Shown here in pieces: positions 1-10,660 of a stretch of DNA of 64,000 bases (position 1 is the first letter of the stretch; every line of letters begins with the position of its first letter). The translations under genes and the position numbers were made by a program. Source of the stretch: Lachnospiraceae bacterium (GTDB lineage Bacteria; Bacillota; Clostridia; Lachnospirales; Lachnospiraceae). The notes under the pieces are model-generated. The model did not search any database. It worked only from the letters and a program-made list of their open reading frames with translations, and was not told the origin of the DNA. The stretch is taken from assembly GCA_050874665.1 (NCBI GenBank), contig JBNMLC010000006.1:12930-76929 (forward strand), given 5' to 3'.

Positions 1-259
1 ATGTACTGACCCAGATACTTTCTGAACCAAATCCTACCAAATTATCCACTCGTTCTCTCATTTCAGAAGCTGCTTTATTTGTAAAAGTAATTGCCATAAT
101 ATTCCATGGATTGATTCCTTTTTCTTCAATTAAATATGCAATTCTGTGTGTCAATACTCTGGTTTTCCCTGATCCTGCGCCTGCCAATATTAAAACCGGA
201 CCTTCTGTCTGAAAGACCGCCTGCCTTTGCATATCATTCAATGAATCATAGATGCTCAT
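1..259 (-). CDS. pcrA: ATP-dependent DNA helicase PcrA/UvrD family, first 86 codons only (gene runs off the left edge)
   Basis: Not in the ORF track because it is truncated. Minus-strand translation from ATG (257-259): [71 protein letters not shown]... Has Walker A GAGSGKT and the TFTNKAA motif. GGAGG lies 7 nt upstream. Confidence 0.85.
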   Translation of the reverse strand, partial: MSIYDSLNDMQRQAVFQTEGPVLILAGAGSGKTRVLTHRIAYLIEEKGINPWNIMAITFTNKAASEMRERVDNLVGFGSESIWVST

Positions 260-378
260 GTCTTTTCCTCCATCATGCTTGCTGTCTGCTAAAAAGCAAT
301 ATCTTTTTGGGATTTTTTTATCATTATATCAAACAGATGTTCCTATGGCAAGCGCAATTATCATATTGATTTTTCACC

Positions 379-1764
379 TTATGCATGCATTGGCTGTGTT
401 AAGTGTATTGGTTCTAAAATGGCTGCTAATTCCTTCTCTGTAAGCAGTCCCTCTTTTAGTACTAAATCTTTTACCTTAATCCCTGTCTTTAATGATTTTT
501 TTGCAATATCTGCCGCTTCCTTATAACCAATGTATGGACAAAGTGCAGTAGAAATTCCCACACTTGCTTCTAAATGCTTTTTACACTCTTCTTCATTTGC
601 CGTAATTCCCTTAATACAATTCTCCGTCAGAGTGTTTACAGCACCTTTGAGATTGTCGATGGATTCAAATAAATCATAAAACAATACCGGCTCAAAAGCA
701 TTCAATTCCATCTGTCCCGCTTCTGCTGCCATAGTAATTGTAGTGTCGTGACCAATTACCTGATATGCCACCTGTGTAACCACCTCCGGAATAACCGGAT
801 TCACTTTTCCCGGCATAATGGAAGATCCATTCTGCTTCGCCGGAAGATTAATTTCATGAATGCCGGTACGTGGACCACTTGAGAGTAATCTTAAATCATT
901 ACACATTTTTGACAAATTTACTGCACAGGTTTTTAATGCATTAGACATCGTCACAAAACTGTCTAAATTTTGTGTGGCGTCAAACAAATCCTCTGCCTGC
1001 ATAAAAGTAATTCCCGTTATTTTTGAAAGATTCGGAACAATCCGTCCCAGATACAAAGGACTGACATTAATTGCCGAGCCGATGGCAGTACCTCCAAGAT
1101 TAATTGTAGTCATTTCTTTAGATGCTTTTTTGATTCTCACAATATCTCTTGCTACAGCACTTGCAAATGCGTGGAACGTCTGACCCAGGCGCATCGGAAC
1201 AGCATCCTGAAGCTGCGTTCTTCCCATTTTTAATATGGAATCAAATTTCATGGATTTTTTATTTAATTCCTTTTCTAACTTTCGCAGTTCATCAATAAGC
1301 CCAGGGAGCAATGTTAATACCGTTAACTTTCCTGCCGAGGGAATCACATCGTTTGTAGATTGTGCCATATTCACATGATCATTCGGGTGAACGATATCAT
1401 ACTCCCCTTTTTTCCCACCTAGCAATTCAATTGCACGATTTGCAATTACTTCATTTGCATTCATATTTGCTGAAGTACCTGCCCCTCCCTGAATTGCATC
1501 TACAATAAATTCTTCCCTTAAGCTTCCTTCTGCAATTTCATCACAGGCAGCAATAATTGCATACGCAATATCCTCTGACAATTTTCCTGCCTCAAAATTG
1601 GTAATAGCGGCAGCCTTTTTTATTTTCATTAGGCTGGTAATAAATTGAGGATGAAGCCTATGTCCTGTAATTTGAAAATTCTGTTTTGCACGCAGCGACT
1701 GTACTCCATAATATGCCTCTTCAGGGATTTCCAGACTTCCAATTGAATCAAATTCTGTTCTCAT
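379..1764 (-). CDS. aspA: aspartate ammonia-lyase (class II fumarase/aspartase family)
   Basis: 461 aa. Family signature GSSIMPGKVNPVIPE. N-terminus MRTEFDSIGSLEIPEEAYYGVQSLRA is aspartase-like. Confidence 0.8.
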   Translation of the reverse strand: MRTEFDSIGSLEIPEEAYYGVQSLRAKQNFQITGHRLHPQFITSLMKIKKAAAITNFEAGKLSEDIAYAIIAACDEIAEGSLREEFIVDAIQGGAGTSANMNANEVIANRAIELLGGKKGEYDIVHPNDHVNMAQSTNDVIPSAGKLTVLTLLPGLIDELRKLEKELNKKSMKFDSILKMGRTQLQDAVPMRLGQTFHAFASAVARDIVRIKKASKEMTTINLGGTAIGSAINVSPLYLGRIVPNLSKITGITFMQAEDLFDATQNLDSFVTMSNALKTCAVNLSKMCNDLRLLSSGPRTGIHEINLPAKQNGSSIMPGKVNPVIPEVVTQVAYQVIGHDTTITMAAEAGQMELNAFEPVLFYDLFESIDNLKGAVNTLTENCIKGITANEEECKKHLEASVGISTALCPYIGYKEAADIAKKSLKTGIKVKDLVLKEGLLTEKELAAILEPIHLTQPMHA

Positions 1765-2000
1765 AATTTTACCATACCTTTCTTTTCATATGCCTGACTT
1801 TCAAGTCCTATTTTGTTGACGCATGAAGCATAGCACAGTAAACGCTTAAAAGTAAATATGTTATGCGAAAACCCTTTCTAATTTATTTAATTTTGTAGAC
1901 TCGCTTAATTTTCTGTGTTACAATCACTATAAACTTAATTTTCTTAAGTGCATGATAGCTTCCAGCACTTTTCCACACAGAATCAGAAAGAAGGTATACT

Positions 2001-2453
2001 ATGGATAAAATTGACCGCGAAATTATTCGTATTTTACAGAAGAATGCACGAACCCCTTTAAAAGTTATTGCAGAAAATGTCTATTTATCTTCTCCTGCTG
2101 TTTCTGCCCGTATCGAGCATTTAGAACAACAGGGTATCATTACTTCGTATCGTGCCAGAATCAACCGTCATAAGTTAGGATATCATATTACTGCCTTTAT
2201 TAATCTTGCTATGGAGCCCAACCAAAAACCGGAATTTTATCCTTTTATTGCAAAGGAACCCAATGTATTAGAGTGCAATTGTGTTACCGGTGATTACAGT
2301 ATGTTGTTAAAAGTTGCCTTTCACAGCACAATGGAATTAGATACTTTTATTGGCAGACTCCAGCACTTTGGTAAAACCAGTACCCAGATTGTCTTTTCTA
2401 CTCCTGTAGAACCCAGAGGCATTGCAATTCCCGATGAGGATTTTCAAGAATAA
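2001..2453 (+). CDS. Lrp/AsnC family transcriptional regulator, divergent from aspA
   Basis: 150 aa. N-terminal HTH MDKIDREIIRILQKNARTPLKVIAENVYLSSPAVSARIEHLEQQGII followed by an AsnC-type ligand domain. Confidence 0.85.
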   Translation: MDKIDREIIRILQKNARTPLKVIAENVYLSSPAVSARIEHLEQQGIITSYRARINRHKLGYHITAFINLAMEPNQKPEFYPFIAKEPNVLECNCVTGDYSMLLKVAFHSTMELDTFIGRLQHFGKTSTQIVFSTPVEPRGIAIPDEDFQE

Positions 2454-2505
2454 GTCTTGTCATATAGTTTTAAATACTATATAATGTGTAACAGAGGTGA
2501 TTAAA

Positions 2506-3150
2506 ATGAGCAGTAATACATCCGATTACTTGAGAAGCTTGTTGGATAAAATTAAAAATATCGACTACATCAAGCCTGAGGATATCCCAAATATTGAACT
2601 TTACATGGATCAGGTAACCACCTTTATGGACGAACATTTAGAATCCACAAAACGTTACGATTCAGATAAAATATTAACGAAAACCATGATTAACAATTAT
2701 GCTAAAAATGACCTGCTTCCACCGCCGGTAAAAAAGAAATATTCCAAAGAGCATATGTTATTACTGATTTTTATTTACTACTTTAAAAATATTTTATCCA
2801 TCACAGATATCCAGAACCTGTTAACACCATTAACAGAAAAATATTTTAATGCAATTGATGGAATGAATCTGCAGGATATTTATAGCGAAGTCTTTAGTTT
2901 TGAAAAAGAACAGGCAGATCGTTTAGTAAAGGACATTTTAGTAGAATATAAGAAATCTTTTACCTCTTTTTCAGATGCCCCTGAAGAAGATAAAGATTTC
3001 CTTCATTTATTTTCTTTTATCTGTATGTTAAGTTTTGATGTATATGTAAAAAAATTATTAATTGAAAAGCTGGTAGATGATATTGCTTCTTCCAATTCCA
3101 ATAAGAAAGAGGATTCCAAAAAGGAACCAAAAAAAGATAAAGCCAAATAA
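2506..3150 (+). CDS. DUF1836-like protein (function unknown)
   Basis: Track ORF 2497-3150 starts at GTG. The ATG at 2506 sits 7 nt after GAGGTG. The string IELYMDQVTTFMDEHL resembles DUF1836 proteins as I recall them; I cannot verify this. Confidence 0.4.
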   Translation: MSSNTSDYLRSLLDKIKNIDYIKPEDIPNIELYMDQVTTFMDEHLESTKRYDSDKILTKTMINNYAKNDLLPPPVKKKYSKEHMLLLIFIYYFKNILSITDIQNLLTPLTEKYFNAIDGMNLQDIYSEVFSFEKEQADRLVKDILVEYKKSFTSFSDAPEEDKDFLHLFSFICMLSFDVYVKKLLIEKLVDDIASSNSNKKEDSKKEPKKDKAK

Positions 3151-3182
3151 ATGGTTTTATCTTTTTTTACGATGAAAATTTC

Positions 3183-3479
3183 TTATTCTTTTGTTTCCTC
3201 TATACGTCCTAATACCAATTCGTAGCCATCATTTCCATAATTCAGGGAACGATTCACTCTGCTTATTGTTGCCGTAGAAGCTCCCGTTTTCTCTACAATC
3301 TCTAAATAAGTTTTCTTTTCCCACAGCATTCCCGCAACCTCTAATCTCTGGGATAAGGATAAAAGTTCATTGACTGTACATATATCTTCAAAAAATGCAT
3401 AACACTCTTCTCTTGTTTGTAAACTCAAAATAGCATCAAACAATTGGTCTGCTGCCTCTGAACGCAATTTTTTATTCAT
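3183..3479 (-). CDS. YerC/YecD family TrpR-related protein
   Basis: 98 aa. ...CTVNELLSLSQRLEVAGML...TYLEIVEKTGASTATISRVNRSLNYG is typical of the family. Confidence 0.7.
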   Translation of the reverse strand: MNKKLRSEAADQLFDAILSLQTREECYAFFEDICTVNELLSLSQRLEVAGMLWEKKTYLEIVEKTGASTATISRVNRSLNYGNDGYELVLGRIEETKE

Positions 3480-3589
3480 GTTCTACTACTTCCTTTCACT
3501 TTAGCACTTTACAGTTTAACATATTAAAGTAAAAAAGTCTATAGGGTATGAGAAGAATTTCGCCAAAATACTTAGCTAAAATACACGTT

Positions 3590-4297
3590 CTAATTTAAAA
3601 ATTCAAACAGCAATTCCCGGTTTGCATTCGCCACCAGGCTTTCCGGAAAATCAATTTCCTCAAAAATTTGGTAAGCCTCCGCGTGCCGTCCCACATAATC
3701 ACAATAATGAGCATCGCTTCCCACTACCACCGGAACTTTATGTTTCTTACAATACTCTAACATTGTGATATCGTTTTCTCTGGCATTCTCCCGAAAGGAA
3801 TGAGGCATTAAAGAATTGTTATTAACTTCCAGCAACTTGTGATGTTTTTTTGCTGCAAGCACCAGTTCTTCATAATCCACAGGGTACTTTCCATCATCCG
3901 GATGTCCAATAATATTTACATATGGATTTTTCATTGCTCCAATAAAAGCTGACATATTCTGTTCTAATGTACCATGTGGAACACACGGTGTATGCATACT
4001 TGCAATCACAAGCTCCATCTGCTGCAATAAACGTTCCGGCAAGTCTACATTTCCCTCATAATCCATGATATTTAATTCAACCCCAAATAATAAACGAACT
4101 CCGTACTTTTCTCTTGGAAGTACTTTTAAATTACTAAAATAAATTTCCTGACAGCTTCCGGGCATTTTCGGTGCATGTTCTGTAATTGCCAAAACCTCCA
4201 GTTTTCTCTCTGCTGCTGCTCTTGCCATTTCATCAATGGTACTATATGCATGTCCACTTGCCACTGTATGAGTGTGAGTATCTAAAATATATTTCAT
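3590..4297 (-). CDS. PHP-domain phosphatase (YcdX-like)
   Basis: MKYILDTHTHTVASGHAYSTIDEM... metal-binding HxH motif. I placed the start at the internal ATG at 4297, which is preceded by AAGGAGAG. The track ORF extends to 4363. Confidence 0.75.
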   Translation of the reverse strand: MKYILDTHTHTVASGHAYSTIDEMARAAAERKLEVLAITEHAPKMPGSCQEIYFSNLKVLPREKYGVRLLFGVELNIMDYEGNVDLPERLLQQMELVIASMHTPCVPHGTLEQNMSAFIGAMKNPYVNIIGHPDDGKYPVDYEELVLAAKKHHKLLEVNNNSLMPHSFRENARENDITMLEYCKKHKVPVVVGSDAHYCDYVGRHAEAYQIFEEIDFPESLVANANRELLFEFLN

Positions 4298-4423
4298 AGC
4301 TTCTCTCCTTTTACTGACATTTCTTGTCCTAATTATAGTTGTTTCTTTTTTCTCCGTCAACAATGTAACATTTTTTTATTTTTTTCGTATACTATAGGAG
4401 TATGTGATAATTCGGAGGATTGT

Positions 4424-5461
4424 ATGAAAAAGAAGAAAAAATTGCTTATCCTGCCTTTTTTGTGCCTTATGATTTTTCTTATCTACGGCTGCAGCGGCAA
4501 AAAAACAGTTTCTAACGGCACACCTCTAACATTAAACGAAGTGGCTCATTCCGTTTTCTACGCACCCCAGTACGTTGCGATTGAAGAGGGCTATTTTGCC
4601 AATGAAGGAATTGACCTCACACTAACTACGGGATTCGGTGCCGACAAAACCATGACTGCACTTTTATCGGGAGATGCAGATATTGGATTTATGGGATCCG
4701 AATCTTCTATTTATGTTTATCTTGGCAATACCGATGATTATGTAATAAATTTTGCCCAACTTACACAACGTGCCGGAAATTTTTTAGTCAGTCGTGAAAA
4801 AACCGATTCTTTTTCCTTTAGCATGCTTCAAGGAAAAGAAATTTTAGGAGGACGAAAGGGCGGAATGCCTGAAATGGTATTTGAATATATTTTAAAGAAA
4901 AACGGGATACACCCAAACGATCTTACAATTAATCAAAGTATTGATTTTGGTTCAACTGCGGCAGCTTTCAGCGGAGGTCAGGGCGACTTTACCATAGAAT
5001 TTGAACCATCTGCTACTTTAATTGAACAGGAAGGAAAGGGTTATGTCGTTGCTTCGCTTGGTGTAGAGTCAGGTTATGTACCTTATACTGCCTACAGTGC
5101 CAAAAAAAGTTTTATAGAGAAACATCCCGATACCATTCTCGCTTTCACCAAAGCACTACAACGTGGCATGGATTATGTAAATACACATTCTGCCGAAGAA
5201 ATTGCCAAAACAATTGCACCTCAGTTTACTGACACTGATATGGATACCCTGGTAATTATCTTAAACCGTTATTTAGAGCAAAACACCTGGAAGGATAATC
5301 TGATTTTTGAAAAAGACAGCTTCACTCTATTGCAAAATATCTTAGAAGAAGCCGGGGAACTAGATAAACGCGTACCATATGAAGAGATTATAAACACAGA
5401 ATTTGCGGTAGAAGCAAGCAAGGCAGATATGTCCCAGAATGAGGCATTGGTAACACCTTAA
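4424..5461 (+). CDS. ABC transporter substrate-binding lipoprotein, NMT1/THI5-SsuA-like, orphan
   Basis: Signal peptide with lipobox LIYGC. NMT1-like core (VAHSVFYAPQYVAIEEGYFANEGIDL). No adjacent permease or ATPase. Confidence 0.7.
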   Translation: MKKKKKLLILPFLCLMIFLIYGCSGKKTVSNGTPLTLNEVAHSVFYAPQYVAIEEGYFANEGIDLTLTTGFGADKTMTALLSGDADIGFMGSESSIYVYLGNTDDYVINFAQLTQRAGNFLVSREKTDSFSFSMLQGKEILGGRKGGMPEMVFEYILKKNGIHPNDLTINQSIDFGSTAAAFSGGQGDFTIEFEPSATLIEQEGKGYVVASLGVESGYVPYTAYSAKKSFIEKHPDTILAFTKALQRGMDYVNTHSAEEIAKTIAPQFTDTDMDTLVIILNRYLEQNTWKDNLIFEKDSFTLLQNILEEAGELDKRVPYEEIINTEFAVEASKADMSQNEALVTP

Positions 5462-5470
5462 CATGCAAGC

Positions 5471-5505
5471 TAGTGGTTATCCTAACCGATAACCACTAAG
5501 TTTTA
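5471..5505. terminator. bidirectional hairpin between convergent genes
   Basis: Perfect 11-bp stem tagtggttatc/gataaccacta with a 6-nt loop, followed by tttt. Confidence 0.6.
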
Positions 5506-6126
5506 TTCATTAATTCTTTTTGCATTGCAAATATTCATATCTATTACATCACACACATATCCGGAGGCATTTTCCACTTGATAATCATAATATCCTTTTC
5601 CTTCTTCATCAAATCGTTCCATAATCGCCATGATACTCCCACCATGTATTACAAAAACAATTTGTTCTAAATGCTGTTCCTGCGCTTTTTTCACATGAAA
5701 AGAAAATGCCTGCACACATTTCTCTTTCCACTGTATAATATTATCCCCTTCAGGAAAATCAAGGGTTCCGTAACTGTCAATCCATTTTTGATAGAAAGGT
5801 TCATCCTTTAATTCCAGATAATTTTTATTTTCAAAAAGTCCAAAATTACATTCCCGCATTCTTTCTTCCACAGATACATGAATACACTGATTCTCAGACT
5901 TCCATATCCCTAACAATTGAGCTGTCTGTTGGCAGCGTTTCATAGGACTAACTACCACATACATTTTTTCAGTTATTTCTCCAAGTATTCCCTTAGAATG
6001 CAATTGCTTGCGTAGTTGTTGTACTTGTTTTCTTCCCTGTTGCGACAGTTCTTCATCTGTAATTCCAATATACCTTTTCTGTTCATTTCCTTGCGTCATT
6101 CCATGCCGCAGCAAAAGTAATTTCAT
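5503..6126 (-). CDS. histidine phosphatase family protein (phosphoglycerate mutase-like)
   Basis: N-terminal LLLRHGMTQGN (RHG catalytic motif). 207 aa. Confidence 0.75.
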   Translation of the reverse strand: MKLLLLRHGMTQGNEQKRYIGITDEELSQQGRKQVQQLRKQLHSKGILGEITEKMYVVVSPMKRCQQTAQLLGIWKSENQCIHVSVEERMRECNFGLFENKNYLELKDEPFYQKWIDSYGTLDFPEGDNIIQWKEKCVQAFSFHVKKAQEQHLEQIVFVIHGGSIMAIMERFDEEGKGYYDYQVENASGYVCDVIDMNICNAKRINE

Positions 6127-6130
6127 TTTC

Positions 6131-6388
6131 TTACCCCTCTACAATAAGAAATCTGCCGTCCGGAAGTGCAAACACTTCTTCTGATTCTTGAATTTCCTCC
6201 ATTGTCATTCCATTAATATCAATGCCACACTCTTCCCAGTATGCTTTAACCTCTTTCGCATTTTTACAGACTACTGCCATGCAGTCTTCTAAAAACTCTT
6301 CTGCCTCTTCTAACGTTTCTGCCACCTTTTCGGGGAATAATTTCAGTTGATTATCTAAAAAACATTGTAAGCATATTTTATCGTACAT
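6131..6388 (-). CDS. hypothetical protein (85 aa, acidic)
   Basis: ORF packed tightly between flanking genes of the same operon. No family recognised. Confidence 0.4.
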   Translation of the reverse strand: MYDKICLQCFLDNQLKLFPEKVAETLEEAEEFLEDCMAVVCKNAKEVKAYWEECGIDINGMTMEEIQESEEVFALPDGRFLIVEG

Positions 6389-7225
6389 TTATCTTTTCTC
6401 CAATTCTGTCTGTTTTCTTTCCTGTTCCAGTTGCTCTGCTACCTGCTGCAAAAGATGAATCACCCCTTGCTTTTCCGGTCCTCCCGCAAGATGCGCCGCT
6501 TGTTTTTGCACCTCTTTTGCTGCATTTTCTACAGCAAAGCTGTATTTTGCCTGTGCAAACATACCTACGTCATTAGAATTATCGCCAAAAACCATAGTTT
6601 CCTCTTTACGTATTCCCATGACCTGCTGTATAGATGCTATCGCACTTCCCTTATCTACGCCGGAGGGCATGAAATCCACCCAGTTTGTTCCGGAACGCAG
6701 CACCTTTAATCTGCCTTGCCATTCTAGAATCATTTTATCTGCCGCAGCCTGAATTTCCGTTTTATGATAAAGAGATATCTTTAACACGTCATCGCATTCC
6801 TCTAATATATCTCTTACCTGAGTTATTTCATAGTGATATCCATTTACCAGCAAATTTTTAAATTCCTCGCTGTCTGTTTCTACGTAAGCTGTAGCCTTAG
6901 ACTCTGCCACAAAACAATATCCTTGCCTTTGCATCGCACGAAGTTCTTTGATTAATACTTCCAAACTTTCTTTTGGTATACGCTGCTCTTTGATATCATA
7001 ATCACGGCACCGGATATAAGAGCCGTTTCCCGCCACAAAAACCACATCATCCGCTTTTTCTTTAAATAAACGGTACATACTTTTATACTGCCTTCCACTT
7101 GCAGCCACAAACATAATTCCCAAATTCTTAAGTCGGTCAATCACGGCTCCTAGTTCCTCTGGGAATTCATGCGTCCCCTCTGTAATTAATGTTCCATCAA
7201 TGTCACTTGCAACCAGTTTTATCAT
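6389..7225 (-). CDS. Cof-type HAD-IIB family hydrolase
   Basis: DIDGTL motif I, GDNSND motif near the C-terminus, 278 aa. Confidence 0.8.
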   Translation of the reverse strand: MIKLVASDIDGTLITEGTHEFPEELGAVIDRLKNLGIMFVAASGRQYKSMYRLFKEKADDVVFVAGNGSYIRCRDYDIKEQRIPKESLEVLIKELRAMQRQGYCFVAESKATAYVETDSEEFKNLLVNGYHYEITQVRDILEECDDVLKISLYHKTEIQAAADKMILEWQGRLKVLRSGTNWVDFMPSGVDKGSAIASIQQVMGIRKEETMVFGDNSNDVGMFAQAKYSFAVENAAKEVQKQAAHLAGGPEKQGVIHLLQQVAEQLEQERKQTELEKR

Positions 7226-7797
7226 ATTAAATTCCCCTTTTTCAATTCCTGATATAAACGAGCCACCGGAAGACCTACCACATTATTATAATCCCCGGAA
7301 ATTTCTTTTACATATTTAGCGCCAATCCCTTGAATTCCATAACTTCCCGCTTTATCCATTGGTTCCCCCGTACTTACATAATCATCAATTTCTGTTTCGG
7401 ACATCTCATAGAATGTTACTTTGGTACATTCATGAAATGTTATCCTTTTCTCCGTCCCATCTGTTTCTTTCTTTATAAGTACAACTCCGGTGTAAACTTC
7501 ATGCGTCTGTCCTTGAAGCTTGCGCAACATTTCTTTTGCTTCTTCCACACTTCCCGGTTTTTCTAAAATGGAGTCCTTCCATGCCACCACAGTATCTGCA
7601 CCTATAATAATCGCTGCTTCCGTGATATTTACAGAAACTGCTTCTGCTTTCTGCGCGGCATGTTCTTCTACTATCTGTGCCGGCAATGTAACTTTAACCG
7701 GAGCCTCTCCGCCACAAGACATCACTTCAAACTCCATGCCGATTTGCTTTAATAATTCTCTTCTTCTTGGTGATTCCGATGCTAAAATAATCTTCAT
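7222..7797 (-). CDS. maf: Maf family nucleoside triphosphate pyrophosphatase
   Basis: MKIILASESPRRRELL... and AGSYGIQG motifs. 191 aa. Confidence 0.85.
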   Translation of the reverse strand: MKIILASESPRRRELLKQIGMEFEVMSCGGEAPVKVTLPAQIVEEHAAQKAEAVSVNITEAAIIIGADTVVAWKDSILEKPGSVEEAKEMLRKLQGQTHEVYTGVVLIKKETDGTEKRITFHECTKVTFYEMSETEIDDYVSTGEPMDKAGSYGIQGIGAKYVKEISGDYNNVVGLPVARLYQELKKGNLI

Positions 7798-7812
7798 TGG
7801 TAACCTCTTTCT

Positions 7813-10650
7813 TTATTTTTCCAGATATTTCTTTATATATTTTCCTGTATATGATTTTTTGCACTTTACAATTTCTTCCGGTGTTCCGGCCGCCACAATG
7901 GTTCCACCACCTTCACCGCCTTCCGGCCCAATATCAATAATATAATCTGCCGTTTTAATCACATCAAGATTATGTTCAATCACTACTACTGTATTACCAC
8001 CTTCGGATAACTGTTGTAAAATTTCCACTAACTTATGGACATCTGCAAAATGAAGACCTGTTGTCGGTTCATCTAAAATATAAATGGTTTTTCCCGTACT
8101 TCTCTTACTTAATTCTGTAGCAAGTTTAATTCGCTGCGCTTCTCCACCGGAAAGTGTGGTAGAGGGCTGACCTAATCTTACATAAGACAGTCCCACATCA
8201 TTTAATGTTTTAATTTTCCTATAAATAGAAGGCACATTTTCAAAAAATTTCATAGCCTCTTCCACTGTCATATCTAATACGTCATAAATACTTTTTCCCT
8301 TATATTTTACTTCCAGTGTCTCTCTATTGTAACGCTTTCCGCCACAAACCTCACATGGAACATACACATCCGGTAAAAAATGCATCTCAATCTTTAATAT
8401 TCCGTCACCACTGCAGGCCTCACACCGGCCTCCTTTTACGTTAAAACTGAAGCGTCCCTTTTTGTAACCCTTTGCCTTAGCATCTGCCGTCGCCGCAAAT
8501 AAATCGCGAATTTGATCAAATACACCTGTATACGTGGCAGGATTAGAACGTGGCGTTCTTCCAATCGGTGACTGGTCAATATCAATGACCTTATCTAATT
8601 GTTCCACTCCTAAAATATCTTTATGTTTTCCCGGAACCGTTCTGGCACGATTTAATTTTTTTGCCAATGTTTTATATAAGATTTCATTCACCAGAGAACT
8701 TTTTCCGGAACCTGACACACCCGTAACACATGTCATAACACCGAGTGGAATATCGACATTTATATTTTTCAAATTATTTTCCGCAGCGCCCCTGACTTGC
8801 AAGAAACCAACCGGCTTTTTCCTGACAGAAGGAACCGGAATTTTCTTTCTTCCACTTAAATAGTCCCCCGTTATAGAGTTTTTATTTGCCATGATTTCCT
8901 GGGCATTTCCTACCGCAACTACCTGTCCACCATGCTCCCCTGCTCCCGGTCCAATATCTACAATGTAGTCTGCTGCAAACATTGTATCTTCATCATGTTC
9001 TACTACTATTAATGTATTTCCCAAATCTTTCAAATGTCTTAACGTTGCAATTAACTTATCATTGTCCCGCTGATGAAGTCCGATGCTTGGCTCATCCAAA
9101 ATATAGGCAACTCCTACAAGTCCAGAGCCAATCTGTGTTGCCAGACGTATTCTCTGCGCCTCTCCACCAGACAAGGTACCGGTGGCTCTAGAAAGACTCA
9201 GATATTCCAAACCTACATCCATTAAAAATCTAACGCGTGCTTTGATTTCCTTTAATATCTGAGCTCCTATTAACTGTTGCTGTTTTGTTAATTCAAGTTC
9301 ATCAAGAAAACAAACAAGCTGCTTCACTGACATAGATGTTACCTCATGAATATTTTTTTCTCCCACAGTAACTGCAAGAGATTCTTTTTTCAATCGCTGC
9401 CCCTTACAAGTTTTACATGGTGTAATCCTCATAAAACTTTCATACTCCGCTTTCATCGTGTCAGATCCTGTTTCTCTATAACGTTTCTGCATATTGCTAA
9501 TCAGCCCTTCGAAAGCTACATCATATACTCCCTCGCCTCGCTGGCCTTTATAATGAACCTTCACTATCCTGCCATCAGTTCCGTTGATAATAACATTCTG
9601 TATATTTTCCGGCAGCGCTTCAAATGGAGTGTTCAGGTCAAACCCATATTCCCGGGATAAAGCCTGTAAAATAGCATTGGTAAAGCTTCCTTTATCAGAG
9701 CTTGACTGCCACCCCATAGCTACAATAGCACCATCTGCCAGACTAACCGACTTATCAGGAATCATTAAATCCACATCAAATTCCATTTTATAACCCAGCC
9801 CGAAACAGTCCGGACAAGCCCCAAAAGGATTGTTAAACGAAAAACTTCTTGGTTCAATTTCATCAATGCTAACATCACAGTCCGGGCAAGAAAAACTCTG
9901 ACTGAAATTCATCGGTTCTCCATCAATCACATCTACAATCAGCAATCCCTCTGATAAATCCAACACATTTTCAATGGAATCTGTCAGACGCTTTTCGATG
10001 CCTTCTTTTACCACCAGTCTGTCTACCACCACCTCAATGTCATGCTTTTTATTCTTGTCCAGTTTAATCTCTTCAGACAATTCATACATATTGCCATCTA
10101 CCCTGACACGTACATATCCGCTTTTTTTAATCTGAGCAAAAAGCTTTACATGCTCTCCTTTTCTTCCGCGGACTACCGGCGCCAATAACTGGATTTTTGT
10201 TCTTTCCGGCAGTTCCATAATTCGGTCTACCATCTGATCTACTGTCTGCTTTTTTATTTCTCTTCCACATTTTGGACAATGTGGGATACCAATTCTTGCA
10301 TAGAGCAGACGAAAATAATCGTAAATCTCCGTCACAGTTCCCACCGTAGAGCGTGGGTTGCGATTCGTTGACTTCTGATCAATGGATATAGCCGGAGAAA
10401 GCCCCTCAATACTCTCTACTTCCGGCTTCTCCATCTGACCTAAGAACTGCCTTGCATAAGACGATAACGATTCCATATATCTTCTTTGCCCCTCTGCATA
10501 AATTGTATCAAAAGCAAGGGAAGATTTGCCCGAACCACTCAAACCTGTCAATACTACAAACTCATTTCTTGGAATATCCAAATCAATATTTTTCAAATTG
10601 TGTTCACTTGCACCACGTATTTTTATATATTGTCTGCTTTTTTCACTCAT
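7813..10650 (-). CDS. uvrA: excinuclease ABC subunit A
   Basis: 945 aa. Two ABC ATPase modules ([23 protein letters not shown]; LSGGEAQR twice) and zinc-finger Cys clusters. Confidence 0.97.
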   Translation of the reverse strand: MSEKSRQYIKIRGASEHNLKNIDLDIPRNEFVVLTGLSGSGKSSLAFDTIYAEGQRRYMESLSSYARQFLGQMEKPEVESIEGLSPAISIDQKSTNRNPRSTVGTVTEIYDYFRLLYARIGIPHCPKCGREIKKQTVDQMVDRIMELPERTKIQLLAPVVRGRKGEHVKLFAQIKKSGYVRVRVDGNMYELSEEIKLDKNKKHDIEVVVDRLVVKEGIEKRLTDSIENVLDLSEGLLIVDVIDGEPMNFSQSFSCPDCDVSIDEIEPRSFSFNNPFGACPDCFGLGYKMEFDVDLMIPDKSVSLADGAIVAMGWQSSSDKGSFTNAILQALSREYGFDLNTPFEALPENIQNVIINGTDGRIVKVHYKGQRGEGVYDVAFEGLISNMQKRYRETGSDTMKAEYESFMRITPCKTCKGQRLKKESLAVTVGEKNIHEVTSMSVKQLVCFLDELELTKQQQLIGAQILKEIKARVRFLMDVGLEYLSLSRATGTLSGGEAQRIRLATQIGSGLVGVAYILDEPSIGLHQRDNDKLIATLRHLKDLGNTLIVVEHDEDTMFAADYIVDIGPGAGEHGGQVVAVGNAQEIMANKNSITGDYLSGRKKIPVPSVRKKPVGFLQVRGAAENNLKNINVDIPLGVMTCVTGVSGSGKSSLVNEILYKTLAKKLNRARTVPGKHKDILGVEQLDKVIDIDQSPIGRTPRSNPATYTGVFDQIRDLFAATADAKAKGYKKGRFSFNVKGGRCEACSGDGILKIEMHFLPDVYVPCEVCGGKRYNRETLEVKYKGKSIYDVLDMTVEEAMKFFENVPSIYRKIKTLNDVGLSYVRLGQPSTTLSGGEAQRIKLATELSKRSTGKTIYILDEPTTGLHFADVHKLVEILQQLSEGGNTVVVIEHNLDVIKTADYIIDIGPEGGEGGGTIVAAGTPEEIVKCKKSYTGKYIKKYLEK

Positions 10651-10660
10651 GTTTGCTCCT

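Noticed and set aside
136-443. Two plus-strand ORFs (77 and 63 aa) at the left edge
   Set aside because: They overlap the pcrA 5' coding fragment and the aspA 3' end on the opposite strand, and they have no recognisable features.
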